DNA from: an uncultured delta proteobacterium
GTDB lineage: Bacteria; Desulfobacterota; RBG-13-43-22
Direction: 5' to 3'
DNA: 64,000 bases
Assembly (NCBI GenBank): GCA_963790475.1
Contig: CAWBOS010000006.1
Location: forward strand, 32,001 to 96,000
Shown: positions 9,964 through 19,750 of the stretch, one piece after another
Layout of the letters: each line of letters begins with the position of its first letter
How positions within the stretch are numbered: the stretch's first letter is position 1
The notes under the pieces: model-generated
The model's input: the letters and a program-made list of their open reading frames with translations, nothing else
What the model was told of the DNA's origin: nothing
Databases searched by the model: none
Program-made: the position numbers and the translations under genes

Positions 9964-10047
9964 AAAACACCCTCCTTTTAGTAAGAAATAAAGTTACAGG
10001 TTATTAGGTTACGGGTTCATAAAACATTTTCAAAAACCTTGTACCCA

Positions 10048-11700
10048 TCATTCATCCCGTAAAAGCCTTCTAAGGACCTTGCCCGCACCGGTGGTCGGCA
10101 GTTGATCCCTGAATTCGACCGTCCGGGGATACTTATAAGCGGCCATGTTCTCCTTGGACCAGGCTATGATTTCCTCGGGTGTGACTTGTCCCTTATATTC
10201 GGGCTTAAGCACGATAAAGGCCTTGACACTCTCGCCCCGGGAGGGATCGGGAATACCGATAACGGCCGCCTGGGCCACGGCCGGGTGACTGATCAGCATC
10301 ACTTCCACGTCTTCAGGAAAGACGCTGTATCCGGAACACTTGATCATCTCCTTGATACGCCCCATGAAATAGAGGTAGCCGTCCCGGTCCAGCCGTCCGA
10401 TGTCACCCGTATAAACCCAACCGTTCCTCAGCGTGGCCGCCGTACCTTCCGGGTTGTTTAAATAGCCCTTGAAAACCCCCGGATTACGGATAACGATTTC
10501 TCCCTGCTCCTCCACCGGTCGCTCCAGGCCGGTGACCGGATCGACAATCCGGACGTCTGTTTCAAAAGACGGGATTCCGGTGGCTCCGAATCTGATTTTG
10601 TCCGGCGGCATAAACACATCACAGGTATGGGTCTCGCTCAACCCATAGCCGGACTCGACAACCGGGGCGCCCCCGACGAAATTCCGCCACCGGGCGGCGA
10701 TCTCTTCGGTCAGAGCTATGCCGAAACTGGTGCAGTTGGTTTGCCTTAACGAACGAATCTCAAATTTCTTGGCTTCCGGGTGGTTCATCATGGCTATCAG
10801 CATAGGGGTTACCGCATAGAGCCAGGTGCAGCGAAACCGGTCGATGGCGGCCAAGGCCACGTCCGGTTCGAAGCGGGTCAACAATACTACGGCGGCGCCG
10901 GAATAGACGGGCATGCCCACGCCCAGGACGTTTCCGGCGATATGGCAGAGAGGCATCACCGACAAGAGGATATCTTCCCTTTCGATTCGGTTAAAAGTCG
11001 AAGCAGCGGCCACTTTGAATAAGGCGTTGCCGTAGGTCAACATCGCCCCCTTGGGGCGACCGGTTGTCCCGGAGGTATAAACGATCATAGCCACATCTTC
11101 CCAAATGTCTATTCTGGGTTTGGGAAATTCGGGGAAACGGTTTTCCAGAATGTCCATCAACTTATGGGTCCGGACAAAAGAGCGCTTCTCCTTTTGGAGT
11201 TCTTCCGGAAGGCGAAGCGGAGAATCTGCTGAAGCCAGATCCTGATAGTTGGTGATCACCACTTCTTTGAAGCCGGTCCGATCTCTGACTTTTTCCAGGG
11301 TGGGATACAGATCGTCGGTGGTCACCATGACGCTGGCCCCGACATCATTGGCCTCGTATTCCAGTTCCATCTCTTTAAACATGGGATTGGCCGGAACGAC
11401 AATAGCCCCCAGTTTTTGGGTCCCGTGGTGAGCGATCAGATACTGGGGGCAGTTTTGCATAAACAGCATGACCTTATCCCCTTTGCCGATTCCTTTAGAG
11501 CTTAGAAACCCGGCAAAACAATCGGAATAACGATCCAGTTCGGACCAGGTCATTGCTCTTCCATAATAAATATAAGCGGCTTGGTCCGGCATCTCTCTGG
11601 CGTTTTGTCTCAGATATTCGAAAAGCGGCTTTGGTCCCAAACGATAAATAAGTTCAGTCGGAACCCCGGCCGGCCAGCTTTTCATCCAGATTCGTTCCAT
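10048..11700 (-). CDS. Long-chain fatty acid--CoA ligase family
   Basis: YTSGTTGRPKG, GYGLSET, YTGDIG, GRIKEMIK, PTTGAGKVLR. Confidence 0.92.
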   Translation of the reverse strand: MERIWMKSWPAGVPTELIYRLGPKPLFEYLRQNAREMPDQAAYIYYGRAMTWSELDRYSDCFAGFLSSKGIGKGDKVMLFMQNCPQYLIAHHGTQKLGAIVVPANPMFKEMELEYEANDVGASVMVTTDDLYPTLEKVRDRTGFKEVVITNYQDLASADSPLRLPEELQKEKRSFVRTHKLMDILENRFPEFPKPRIDIWEDVAMIVYTSGTTGRPKGAMLTYGNALFKVAAASTFNRIEREDILLSVMPLCHIAGNVLGVGMPVYSGAAVVLLTRFEPDVALAAIDRFRCTWLYAVTPMLIAMMNHPEAKKFEIRSLRQTNCTSFGIALTEEIAARWRNFVGGAPVVESGYGLSETHTCDVFMPPDKIRFGATGIPSFETDVRIVDPVTGLERPVEEQGEIVIRNPGVFKGYLNNPEGTAATLRNGWVYTGDIGRLDRDGYLYFMGRIKEMIKCSGYSVFPEDVEVMLISHPAVAQAAVIGIPDPSRGESVKAFIVLKPEYKGQVTPEEIIAWSKENMAAYKYPRTVEFRDQLPTTGAGKVLRRLLRDE

Positions 11701-11858
11701 TAATCAAACCTCCTGACCCTGGGTAAGAAAATAACTTTTGGAAAATGGGTTTAGGGTGTTAAGACGCATTGCCCAATGCCTAAGACTTCTCCCTTGAGCG
11801 ATGACCCGCGGAACTCCGGGAGGCTTGGTTTGATTTCGTATTTCCTCATAGGCATAAA

Positions 11859-11988
11859 TTGATAATCTCGCAAAAAGTCAAAATCAACAGCCGTGAGTCT
11901 TTCCGGCGAAAGCCGGAATCCAGGAATATGAATCAATTCTGGACCCCGGGATTCGCCAGGGGTGACGACTTTATTAGAGGTTTATCAA
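11859..11988. repeat. REP-like palindromic element, copy 1
   Basis: GATAATCTCGCAAAAAGTC...TTCCGGCGAAAGCCGGAATCCAG...CTGGACCCCGG...GGGGTGACGACTTT; related copies at 44870 and 40426. Confidence 0.75.
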
Positions 11989-11990
11989 AA

Positions 11991-12701
11991 TCACCCTCCC
12001 AAATAGGTCCTTTTGACGTGCTCGTTTTCCAACAGCTCCTGACAATCGCCTTCCAGGGCAATTTTACCTACTTCCAAGACGTATCCCTTCCGGGCCACCC
12101 CCAGCCCGAGTTTGGAATTTTGTTCGACCAAAAGGATGGTAACCTTACGCAGGTTAATCTCTCTGATCAAGCGGCCGATCTCTTTGACCACCAAAGGGGC
12201 CAGACCCAGAGAGGGTTCATCCAGTAAAAGAAGTCTGGGACTGGCCATCAAGGCCCTCCCGATGGCCAGCATCATCTGTTCGCCGCCGCTCAGGGTACCG
12301 GCATATTGTTTTTGACGGTTCTTCAGGATTGGGAAGTGGTTGAAAATTTCATCCAATTCCTCCTGAATTTCAGATTTGTTTTTTCGAAGGAAAGCCCCCA
12401 TTTCCAAATTTTCCAAAACAGTCATATGGGGGAACAAACGCCGTCCCTCCATGGTATAGGCGATTCTCAGTTTGGCGATCTCCAGGGGGGAAAAATGGTC
12501 GATCCGCTGCCCGTCAAAATAAATCTCACCCTCGGTCACCTTTTTCAGACCGAAGATGGCCTTTAACATGGTGGTTTTCCCTGCTCCATTGGCCCCGATA
12601 AGGGAGACGACGGAACCCTCTTCAACGTTGATAGAGACCCCTTTCAACGCCTCCACCTGATCGTAGTGCACTCGAATATTACGAATATCCAGCAAGATCA
12701 T
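11991..12701 (-). CDS. livF: ABC transporter ATP-binding protein, LivF-like
   Basis: GANGAGKTT, LSGGEQ, LLLDEPSLGLAP, EQN. Confidence 0.93.
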   Translation of the reverse strand: MILLDIRNIRVHYDQVEALKGVSINVEEGSVVSLIGANGAGKTTMLKAIFGLKKVTEGEIYFDGQRIDHFSPLEIAKLRIAYTMEGRRLFPHMTVLENLEMGAFLRKNKSEIQEELDEIFNHFPILKNRQKQYAGTLSGGEQMMLAIGRALMASPRLLLLDEPSLGLAPLVVKEIGRLIREINLRKVTILLVEQNSKLGLGVARKGYVLEVGKIALEGDCQELLENEHVKRTYLGG

Positions 12702-13480
12702 TATTCTTCCGCTCCTAAATAAGCCTCTATCACATCCGGATGGGCCTGTATTTCCTCAGGAGTGCCCTGGGCGATTTTAATTCCGAAATTGAGTACGGCT
12801 ATCCGGTGACAAAGTTCCATGATAACCTTCATGTCATGCTCTACGATCAGGACGGTGACCCCTTTCTGATTAATGCGCCAGATAAGCCCCTTCATGGAAC
12901 GTTTTTCTTCCGCGTTCATACCGGACACCGGTTCATCCAGCATCAGAAGTTCCGGTTCTGCGGCCAGGGCGATACAGACCCCCAGGATGCGCTGGTGCCC
13001 GTGGGCCAGATTGAAGGCGAGCTCGTTGTTTAGTTTTTCCAGACCGCTGAATTGTATCAACTCGAATGCCTTTTTCTGAACCGTCTCCCGCTGGCGACGA
13101 ATGGCGGCATGGTCGATTAAGTCCCCCAGGAAACCTATACCCCTATGCAGATGGCAACCCATCAAAACATTCTCCATCACCGTAAAGTCCTTGAAGAGGA
13201 CATTGCCTTGAAAGGTTCTGACCAGCCCTTTTTTGGCGATGCGGTTTGGTTTCAGCCCGGTTATATCCGCTTCTTTGAATACCACCGAGCCGCGGGTGGG
13301 TTTAAGCATTCCGCTGATCAAATTAAAGACCGTGGTCTTGCCTGCGCCGTTCGGACCGATCAAACCGAGGATTTCCCCCTTTTTTACGGCCAAATCCAGT
13401 TCTTCTACCGCTGCAAGACCGCCGAAATATTTGGTCAGATGGATCAGCTCCAGAATATTTCTGTGGTTGCTTATGCTCAA
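12701..13480 (-). CDS. livG: ABC transporter ATP-binding protein, LivG-like
   Basis: FGGLAAV, GPNGAGKTT, RTFQ, DEPVSGMN, EHDM, EAYLG. Confidence 0.93.
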   Translation of the reverse strand: MSISNHRNILELIHLTKYFGGLAAVEELDLAVKKGEILGLIGPNGAGKTTVFNLISGMLKPTRGSVVFKEADITGLKPNRIAKKGLVRTFQGNVLFKDFTVMENVLMGCHLHRGIGFLGDLIDHAAIRRQRETVQKKAFELIQFSGLEKLNNELAFNLAHGHQRILGVCIALAAEPELLMLDEPVSGMNAEEKRSMKGLIWRINQKGVTVLIVEHDMKVIMELCHRIAVLNFGIKIAQGTPEEIQAHPDVIEAYLGAEE

Positions 13481-13483
13481 AGT

Positions 13484-14449
13484 CTACTCCTTGCGAAACT
13501 GGGAACGAATTTTCTCCGGCAGAGTAATCAGACCGCCGGGCACAAAAAGCAGGACCAGAATAAGAATCATACCAACGAAAATAGGCATGTATTGTTTCAG
13601 GGGTCTTAAGAGTTCATCCAGGCCTAATAAGACCAGACAGCCGACGATTGGACCCAGCACGGTCTGGGTTCCCCCGATGACCGCATACATCAGCATATAA
13701 AGGGAGTTCAGCCAGGTGAAATCATCAGGATTGGCATAAGTGAAATAATGGGCCCACAAGGACCCGGCCAAGCCGGCGAAAAAGGACCCGATCACAAAGG
13801 CCATCAATTTATAACGGATGACCGGCACCCCGATGGATTCGGCCAGCTGACCCGACTGGGGAATGGAGCGAAGGGTCATACCGAACCGAGAGTTATCCAA
13901 ACGGCGCAGAATGACCACACTAATGAGCAGGACGGCTATGGTCAGATAATAAAACGGGGCCTTGGAGGTGAAGCTGATCTGGAGCCCGGCCAGTTGAATG
14001 GCCGCTGGGCGGGGGATGTCCATAAGTCCTTGCGGACCGCCAAATACGGAATCCCACATCATCCAGATATGCCGGAAGACTTCCGTGATGGCAAAGGTGA
14101 TCATCACAAAATAGGCCCCCTTGATCCTTAATATAGGATAACCCATGGACACGGCCAGAAGGGCCACGGCCACCCCGGAAAAAGGCAGGCAAAGCCAGAA
14201 GCTTAATTTGAGTTTCATAGCCATCAAGGCCGAGAGGTAGGCCCCCATGCCCATAAAACTGGCCTGGGCCGCATTGAGGTGACCTGTCAGCAGGACCACC
14301 CGTATGCCCAGCGTAAGGATGCTCCAGGTGAAAATAGTAATGCCCACATGGAGGAGATAAGGGTCCTTGACAAAAACGGGAAGCAACAACCCGAGAATAA
14401 AAAAAAGGCCGAGGAGGGTATCGGTCCAGGAAAGACGTTTATTCTTCAT
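13484..14449 (-). CDS. livM: ABC transporter permease, LivM-like
   Basis: LRIKGAYFVMIT, GGPQG, SRFGMTLRSI, YKLMAF, GPIVG; ATG 14449 overlaps the livH end. Confidence 0.92.
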   Translation of the reverse strand: MKNKRLSWTDTLLGLFFILGLLLPVFVKDPYLLHVGITIFTWSILTLGIRVVLLTGHLNAAQASFMGMGAYLSALMAMKLKLSFWLCLPFSGVAVALLAVSMGYPILRIKGAYFVMITFAITEVFRHIWMMWDSVFGGPQGLMDIPRPAAIQLAGLQISFTSKAPFYYLTIAVLLISVVILRRLDNSRFGMTLRSIPQSGQLAESIGVPVIRYKLMAFVIGSFFAGLAGSLWAHYFTYANPDDFTWLNSLYMLMYAVIGGTQTVLGPIVGCLVLLGLDELLRPLKQYMPIFVGMILILVLLFVPGGLITLPEKIRSQFRKE

Positions 14450-15321
14450 GACCGAACATCCCCGTGGGTTTGTATAGCAAAACACCGATCAACAGCAGGA
14501 ATACGGCCAAAATGGCCGCATGAGATCCTACATAGGTTCCAATAAAACTTTCGGTCATTCCGACGATGAACCCGCCGATGACTGCTCCGAATAAACTCCC
14601 CATACCACCCAGTATGACCACCACGAAGGCTTTCATAATAGGTTCCACTCCCATATAAGGATTAACATAATAGATCGGCCCGACCAGAGCCCCGCCGACG
14701 GGCCGCCAGGGCGCAGCCTATGCCCATGGCCAGAGAAAAAACCACCCTGGTATCTATGCCCTGCACCAGAGCGGCCTCTGAATCCTGGGCTACCGCCCGC
14801 ATGGCTTTGCCCAATTTGGTCTTATAGACCCACAAGTACATGGCCAGTATGAAAATTATACCGCAGATGATAGCCGCCAGCCGTTCCCCTGAAATAGAAA
14901 TAGAGCCGAGAGAGAGATATCCACTGAAGGGTGACCCGAAGGCCTTGTCGGTAACCCCAAAAGTGACCAAAGCCGAGGCCTGCAGGATAAGCATCAACCC
15001 GAAGGCTACAATCATAACGGCTTCCAGATTTCCCCGAAATCGACGGAAGATGAATTTTTCGACAATAATTCCTAAAAAGGCCACCAACACAAAGGTCAGC
15101 ACAATTGATAAAAGATATTGGACCGTGGGAGGGCCGAATAGAGGAATGATCTTCTGGTCAAAAAAAAGCCAGGCCCCGAACCCGCCCAGCATATAAAACT
15201 CACCGTGGGCGAAATTAACGATATGCATGATGCCGAAGATCAGGCACAGGCCGGTAGCTACCAGGATCAGTATCAGTGATCCCATAATGCCGTTAGCCAG
15301 GGTTTGGACCAGTATGTCCAT
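14439..15321 (-). pseudogene. livH: ABC transporter permease, LivH-like, with +1 frameshift near 14701 (possibly sequencing error)
   Basis: NFAHGEFYMLG, GKAMRAVAQD; removing one C from GCGGCCCGTC restores AAVGGALVGPIYYVNPYMG and joins ORF 14439-14654 (293 aa). Confidence 0.85.
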
Positions 15322-15453
15322 AGTTCTTTTACCTTTTCTTAGATGATGATCTGTCTTCGATGCCCACAGCGGGGAGGAAATAGGTTTGTTTGATAAACCG
15401 GACGGACCGGTGATATCTCCTTTTAAATACCCTCACCAATAAAAAAGCGGCCC

Positions 15454-15732
15454 TTATGATGCGACAACCTTATGGTCCGCATCTTGGAGGGCCATTTTAT
15501 AATACTCATTCAGCTCCAGGAAAAACACATGGTCCCGGATGCTCCGCAGAAAGTCCAATCCGTCCTGCCCGATATGATTGAGCCCTCCTAGATGTAGACA
15601 GACTTTATTACCGGTTTGCAAATACCGCTCGCACTCCTGGCGAAAAGCCGGGAGAGACTCCCTATCCAGCCGGCCTTCAACCTTCAACACAACGGTTTCC
15701 GCGTTGTTGAAATGTTCTTCAATCCGGATCAT
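15454..15732 (-). CDS. Small STAS-domain protein
   Basis: VVLKVEGRLD...LHLGGLNHIGQDGLDFL STAS pattern; 92 aa. Confidence 0.75.
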   Translation of the reverse strand: MIRIEEHFNNAETVVLKVEGRLDRESLPAFRQECERYLQTGNKVCLHLGGLNHIGQDGLDFLRSIRDHVFFLELNEYYKMALQDADHKVVAS

Positions 15733-15747
15733 GATTCAATCTAAATA

Positions 15748-15764
15748 AGCAAGGAATGGACCAA
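15748..15764 (-). promoter_or_regulatory. Sigma-54 (-24/-12) promoter for the STAS-liv operon
   Basis: Minus strand TTGGTCCATTCCTTGCT = GG-N10-GC; adjacent divergent bEBP gene. Confidence 0.75.
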
Positions 15765-15837
15765 ATGGAATTTAAAAAAAAACTTATTGATATCACAATA
15801 TTTTTTTAGGAACTCCGGCATCGGATTGAAATATTAG

Positions 15838-15870
15838 ACGAAATATCGTTTTAGCAACTAAATATCGTTG
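15838..15870. promoter_or_regulatory. Candidate bEBP enhancer sites (tandem AAATATCGTT)
   Basis: Exact 10-mer at 15841-15850 and 15860-15869, each within an imperfect palindrome, ~80-105 bp upstream of the -24 box. Confidence 0.5.
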
Positions 15871-15879
15871 AATGTTAAG

Positions 15880-15908
15880 TTGACAAGATTTTCTTATTTT
15901 TCTATTAT
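15880..15908 (+). promoter_or_regulatory. Sigma-70 promoter for the bEBP gene
   Basis: TTGACA-17 bp-TATTAT. Confidence 0.65.
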
Positions 15909-15955
15909 TGTTTCAAAGAGTCAATGTTGAGAGATACAGAAGACGAGAGGATCCT

Positions 15956-18900
15956 ATGGCGCAAAAAGAGATCAAATTGGACAAGTTTATCTCAGACGAC
16001 CAAAGGATCTTTGCTCTGGCCGCCCTGTTTAAGGGAGATTTTTCAATCGATTGGCTCCAGGAGATTTCCCAAGAAAAACCTTCCCGTATCCTTCAAGCCC
16101 TTGATCTTGGCCTGAAGGCCAAGTGGCTCACTTGTGCCGGGCCGGGATTGTTTCAATTTACCGATCCTCAAAAACAGCAGGACCTGCTGGCAACCCTTCC
16201 ACCGGAGGAAAGGGAGGCGCTTTTTCAACACACAGTACGGATTCTAAACCGGGAGCTTCCTAACGACGATCAAAGGGATCGTCTGGCGGGACAGCTTTTT
16301 CTAAACCGGACCAACGACCTGGGTGATTGTCGGCGTCTAATCGAAGAAGGTAATCATTTCAGGAGGCAGTTCCATCACCAGGAGGCCTTAAGATATTATG
16401 AAAAGGCCATCAACGATCTCAAAGATCTGAAGGGTGAATCAGCCGCCCGTCTCCTGATTGAAACCACCCTCCAGTATTCCAAGATCTCAACGGCGACCCT
16501 TGATGCCGGCCTGGTTAACGCGACGATTCTTAAGGCGATCAAACGGGCAGAGGCTCAAAATCTTCAATCTTCACAAGCCCTTCTAAAAATGCACCTGGCC
16601 AAGCATGAATGGCTCCGGTCCAATTTCCAGACCGCCTTGAAGCATTTCGATGAAGGCTGGACTTTGGCCCAACAGATCGATGATCCCGGTCTTCATCGTT
16701 CGGCCGTTATTTTCAGCATGTTTTTTCATTATTGGCAAGGCCGGTTTCAAGATGCGGTAGATAGTTACGAAAGATATCTCCCGGAGATCGACGACGTTCC
16801 CAAGGGTGGTTTTCCTCTCCTGGCCCGTTTGACGATCGGGAACTGTTACGGGCACTGCGGGCAAATCTCTCAGGGGATGGGGATGTTGGATGCCATCCGC
16901 AGCCACTGCCTGGAATTGGGCAATATAGGAGTTGCCGGTCATGCTTCGACAGGGATCGGCCTGATGTTTTCCGAAATCGGACACTATGCCAAGGCCTTTA
17001 CCTACTTTGAAAAAGCACTGACAGAGACCATAGAAGGCCAAAATTATTATGGAAGACTGGCCGCTTTGCTCGGGTTGGCCCAAATGTCCGATAAGATCAA
17101 TAATCCTAAAAGGGCACTTTCCTTTCTTAATGAATTTCTGAAATTGAGTCATTCGGCCCAGATTTATTTCAGAAACATGCCGATTGTCATGGACCTGTGC
17201 TGGTCCATGGAGCAGGATCTGCTGCCGCGGATCAATGGCCTGTCGCTTAATAAAGAGATTGCCATTGCCCTTAAGAACCAGAATATTTACATGCGGGGCA
17301 TGGGTTATCGCTACCGGGCACTTGTCCAGAAGCGTGAAGGTCGGCCTTCTCCGGATATCATCCAAAACCTGACCATGGCCGTTAAATGGCTGGAGATAAC
17401 CGGACACCAGATCGACCTGGCCAAGGTAAGGCTTGATCTGGCCCGTGAATATTTGCATAACGGGAAGGAGGATCGAGCCCAGGATATAGCCGGTCCATCG
17501 GCCCGATTGCTTTTCTCTCTCAATGAGGCCTTGATTCCGGACGATTTATGTAGCCTGGTTGAAGGCTTTCGCGACAGGAAAAACCTCCTCAACGAGATTT
17601 TGAAACTGGGGCAGGAGATGGTCACCATTCGAGATAACCGCGAGGTCGCCGTTCGCATTGTTTCTGCGGCCAACAGCGTCACCGGAGCCGAGCGTGGTGC
17701 CATGTTTCTGGTTGATGAATCGGAAAAGAGCCTGACCTTGAGGGCGGCCAAGAACCTGACCATGGAAAATATGACTTCACCCGATTTTGCCGAACCCATG
17801 AACATTATCGAGCAAACCTTCCGGTCGGGGCGTGGCCTTGTCCTGGACCTCGAATCCAGCCGGAACGATGTCCCAAACCAGAAGGCCATCCGGTCCTGCA
17901 TCTGCGTCCCCATGACCCTCAGAAATAAGGTGGTCGGTGTACTTTACCACGATAACCGTTTTTTTCAGAGTGCCTTCCAAGAGAAAGATTTGGAGATTCT
18001 CGGCTATTTTGCCGCCCAGGCAGCCATCGCTATGGAAAATGCCCAGGCCTATGAAATCCTCCAAAAGACGGTCCAAAAACAAAAAGAAGAGAAGGAATAT
18101 TTTGAAGAGCAATATCTGGAAAGTTTGAACTTTGAGGATATGGTCGGCAAGAGTCAAGCTATCCGCCAGGTTTTCTCCCAACTGGACTCCGTGGCCAGCA
18201 CAGAGGCCACGGTCCTTATCTTAGGGGAAACCGGGGTCGGCAAGGAGCTGGTCGCCAGGGCCATCCACCATAATAGTCCCCGTCGGGAGGGCCCTTTCGT
18301 CCGCGTCAACTGCAGCTCTTTTACAGAGCACCTTATTACCGGCGAGCTTTTTGGCCACGAAAAAGGGGCCTTTACCGGGGCGATTCAAAAGCGGATCGGT
18401 CGTTTCGAGTTGGCCCATACCGGGACTATTTTCCTGGACGAGATCGGAGACATCCCTTTGAATGTCCAGGTGCGGCTCCTCCGCGTGCTCCAAAGTAAAG
18501 AATTTGAACGCGTCGGCGGCCAGGAAACCATAACGTCGGATTTCAGACTTATGGCAGCTACCAACCGGGATCTGCAAAAGGAAGTCACCTGCGGTCGGTT
18601 CAGGGAAGACCTTTTCTACCGTTTAAATGTCTTTCCTCTTCGGGTGCCCCCCCTCAGGGAGCGCCGGGACGATATACCTTTGCTGGCCTATCATTTTCTT
18701 TACGCCTATGCCAAAAAACTTAACAAAAAAATAGAAAAAATACCGGAACCCGAAATACGAAAGCTCATGGAATATGACTGGCCGGGGAATGTGCGTGAAT
18801 TGGAAAACATCATCGAGAGAGGAGTCATCCTGGCCAAGGGGCCCTACTACCTTGTGCCGGACACCGGATTTAATTCACTTTCCACCTCGAATTCCGCGAA

Positions 18901-19075
18901 AAATCTCAGCCTGGAAGAAATCGAGCGAGCCCACATCCTCAGCGTACTGGACATGACCGGGAGAAAAGTGCGAGGAAGGAACGGTGCCGCGGCCGTATTA
19001 CATATTCATCCCAACACACTGTACTCCCGTATGAAAAAACTGGGCATCTCCAATTTAAATAAACCTGAAAAATAG
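15956..19075 (+). CDS. Sigma-54-dependent activator (helical repeats-GAF-AAA+-Fis HTH)
   Basis: GETGVGKE, ELFGHEKGAFTGA, FLDEIGD, FREDLFYRL, WPGNVREL, HPNTLYSRMKKLGI; ATG 15956 after GAGAGG. Confidence 0.95.
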   Translation: MAQKEIKLDKFISDDQRIFALAALFKGDFSIDWLQEISQEKPSRILQALDLGLKAKWLTCAGPGLFQFTDPQKQQDLLATLPPEEREALFQHTVRILNRELPNDDQRDRLAGQLFLNRTNDLGDCRRLIEEGNHFRRQFHHQEALRYYEKAINDLKDLKGESAARLLIETTLQYSKISTATLDAGLVNATILKAIKRAEAQNLQSSQALLKMHLAKHEWLRSNFQTALKHFDEGWTLAQQIDDPGLHRSAVIFSMFFHYWQGRFQDAVDSYERYLPEIDDVPKGGFPLLARLTIGNCYGHCGQISQGMGMLDAIRSHCLELGNIGVAGHASTGIGLMFSEIGHYAKAFTYFEKALTETIEGQNYYGRLAALLGLAQMSDKINNPKRALSFLNEFLKLSHSAQIYFRNMPIVMDLCWSMEQDLLPRINGLSLNKEIAIALKNQNIYMRGMGYRYRALVQKREGRPSPDIIQNLTMAVKWLEITGHQIDLAKVRLDLAREYLHNGKEDRAQDIAGPSARLLFSLNEALIPDDLCSLVEGFRDRKNLLNEILKLGQEMVTIRDNREVAVRIVSAANSVTGAERGAMFLVDESEKSLTLRAAKNLTMENMTSPDFAEPMNIIEQTFRSGRGLVLDLESSRNDVPNQKAIRSCICVPMTLRNKVVGVLYHDNRFFQSAFQEKDLEILGYFAAQAAIAMENAQAYEILQKTVQKQKEEKEYFEEQYLESLNFEDMVGKSQAIRQVFSQLDSVASTEATVLILGETGVGKELVARAIHHNSPRREGPFVRVNCSSFTEHLITGELFGHEKGAFTGAIQKRIGRFELAHTGTIFLDEIGDIPLNVQVRLLRVLQSKEFERVGGQETITSDFRLMAATNRDLQKEVTCGRFREDLFYRLNVFPLRVPPLRERRDDIPLLAYHFLYAYAKKLNKKIEKIPEPEIRKLMEYDWPGNVRELENIIERGVILAKGPYYLVPDTGFNSLSTSNSAKNLSLEEIERAHILSVLDMTGRKVRGRNGAAAVLHIHPNTLYSRMKKLGISNLNKPEK

Positions 19076-19167
19076 CCGTTGGGTCCTGCTTTCCATTTTT
19101 CCCCCGGGCTCCCATTTCTAAGTTGTTTTATGCCCTAAATAGACCGCAACAGGAACACCGGCCATGA

Positions 19168-19638
19168 AGTCGGTTCGGACGCCAAGGGTTCCCGGCCCGG
19201 CAGACCATCTTTCATGATTCCCGATACCCATGCTACGAAGATATTTGGAGTCGGTTTTCCGGCAGGCATGAAGATATCTCCGGCGATAGTAAAGAGTCGG
19301 AACTGGAAAAAGATTTTTCGAAAAAGAATACTTTGAAAAACCTTCGATTTAAAGACGACCCATTGTCTTTTCTATTAATTTTTTGTGATACCACCCAAGA
19401 ATGGGGCCGAGTGGGGCGTGCTTATGAAGAAACGGAGGCTAGATTGGACGATGTTGGCGTTTCGGATGGCCTTGTTTGGGTTAATATCTCAATAAGAAAT
19501 GAAACGGCTTTCATAGAGAAAAAGAATGAAATAGACAGGATAAAAAAGTTTCTTTTAGATAATCGATTTAAGATAAAATTGAGTTCACGTGAAGGATTAG
19601 GCACAAATATAATAGAAAGGGATATGGAAGGGAGATAA
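19168..19638 (+). pseudogene. 5'-truncated remnant, possibly the C-terminus of an HD-like phosphohydrolase
   Basis: DPLSFLLIFCDTTQEWGR motif; frame open back to 19168 with no ATG; AT-rich 3' part. Confidence 0.4.
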
Positions 19639-19750
19639 CTATTTAATATTGTGCGATAAAAAGTTTTTTATGGAAAGGAGAAAATAAAAAGGATAGGACC
19701 AAGCAGTAAGATTGGAGGACAGGATTGAAAAAACTGGAGCTACCTAAGAA

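Noticed and set aside
11859-12227. 122-aa plus-strand ORF (likewise 44955-45254 and 24890-25222)
   Set aside because: Start inside repeat elements and run antisense to real genes
15908-15955. Extended N-termini in the ORF track (also dctP, dctM, OYE, ACAD, Mo and FAD subunits)
   Set aside because: They overlap promoters or upstream genes; downstream starts have SD sequences or stop/start coupling
16583-17458. Long antisense ORFs (also 5729-6454, 46547-47254, 49711-50382, 62584-63270)
   Set aside because: Shadow frames opposite well-supported genes
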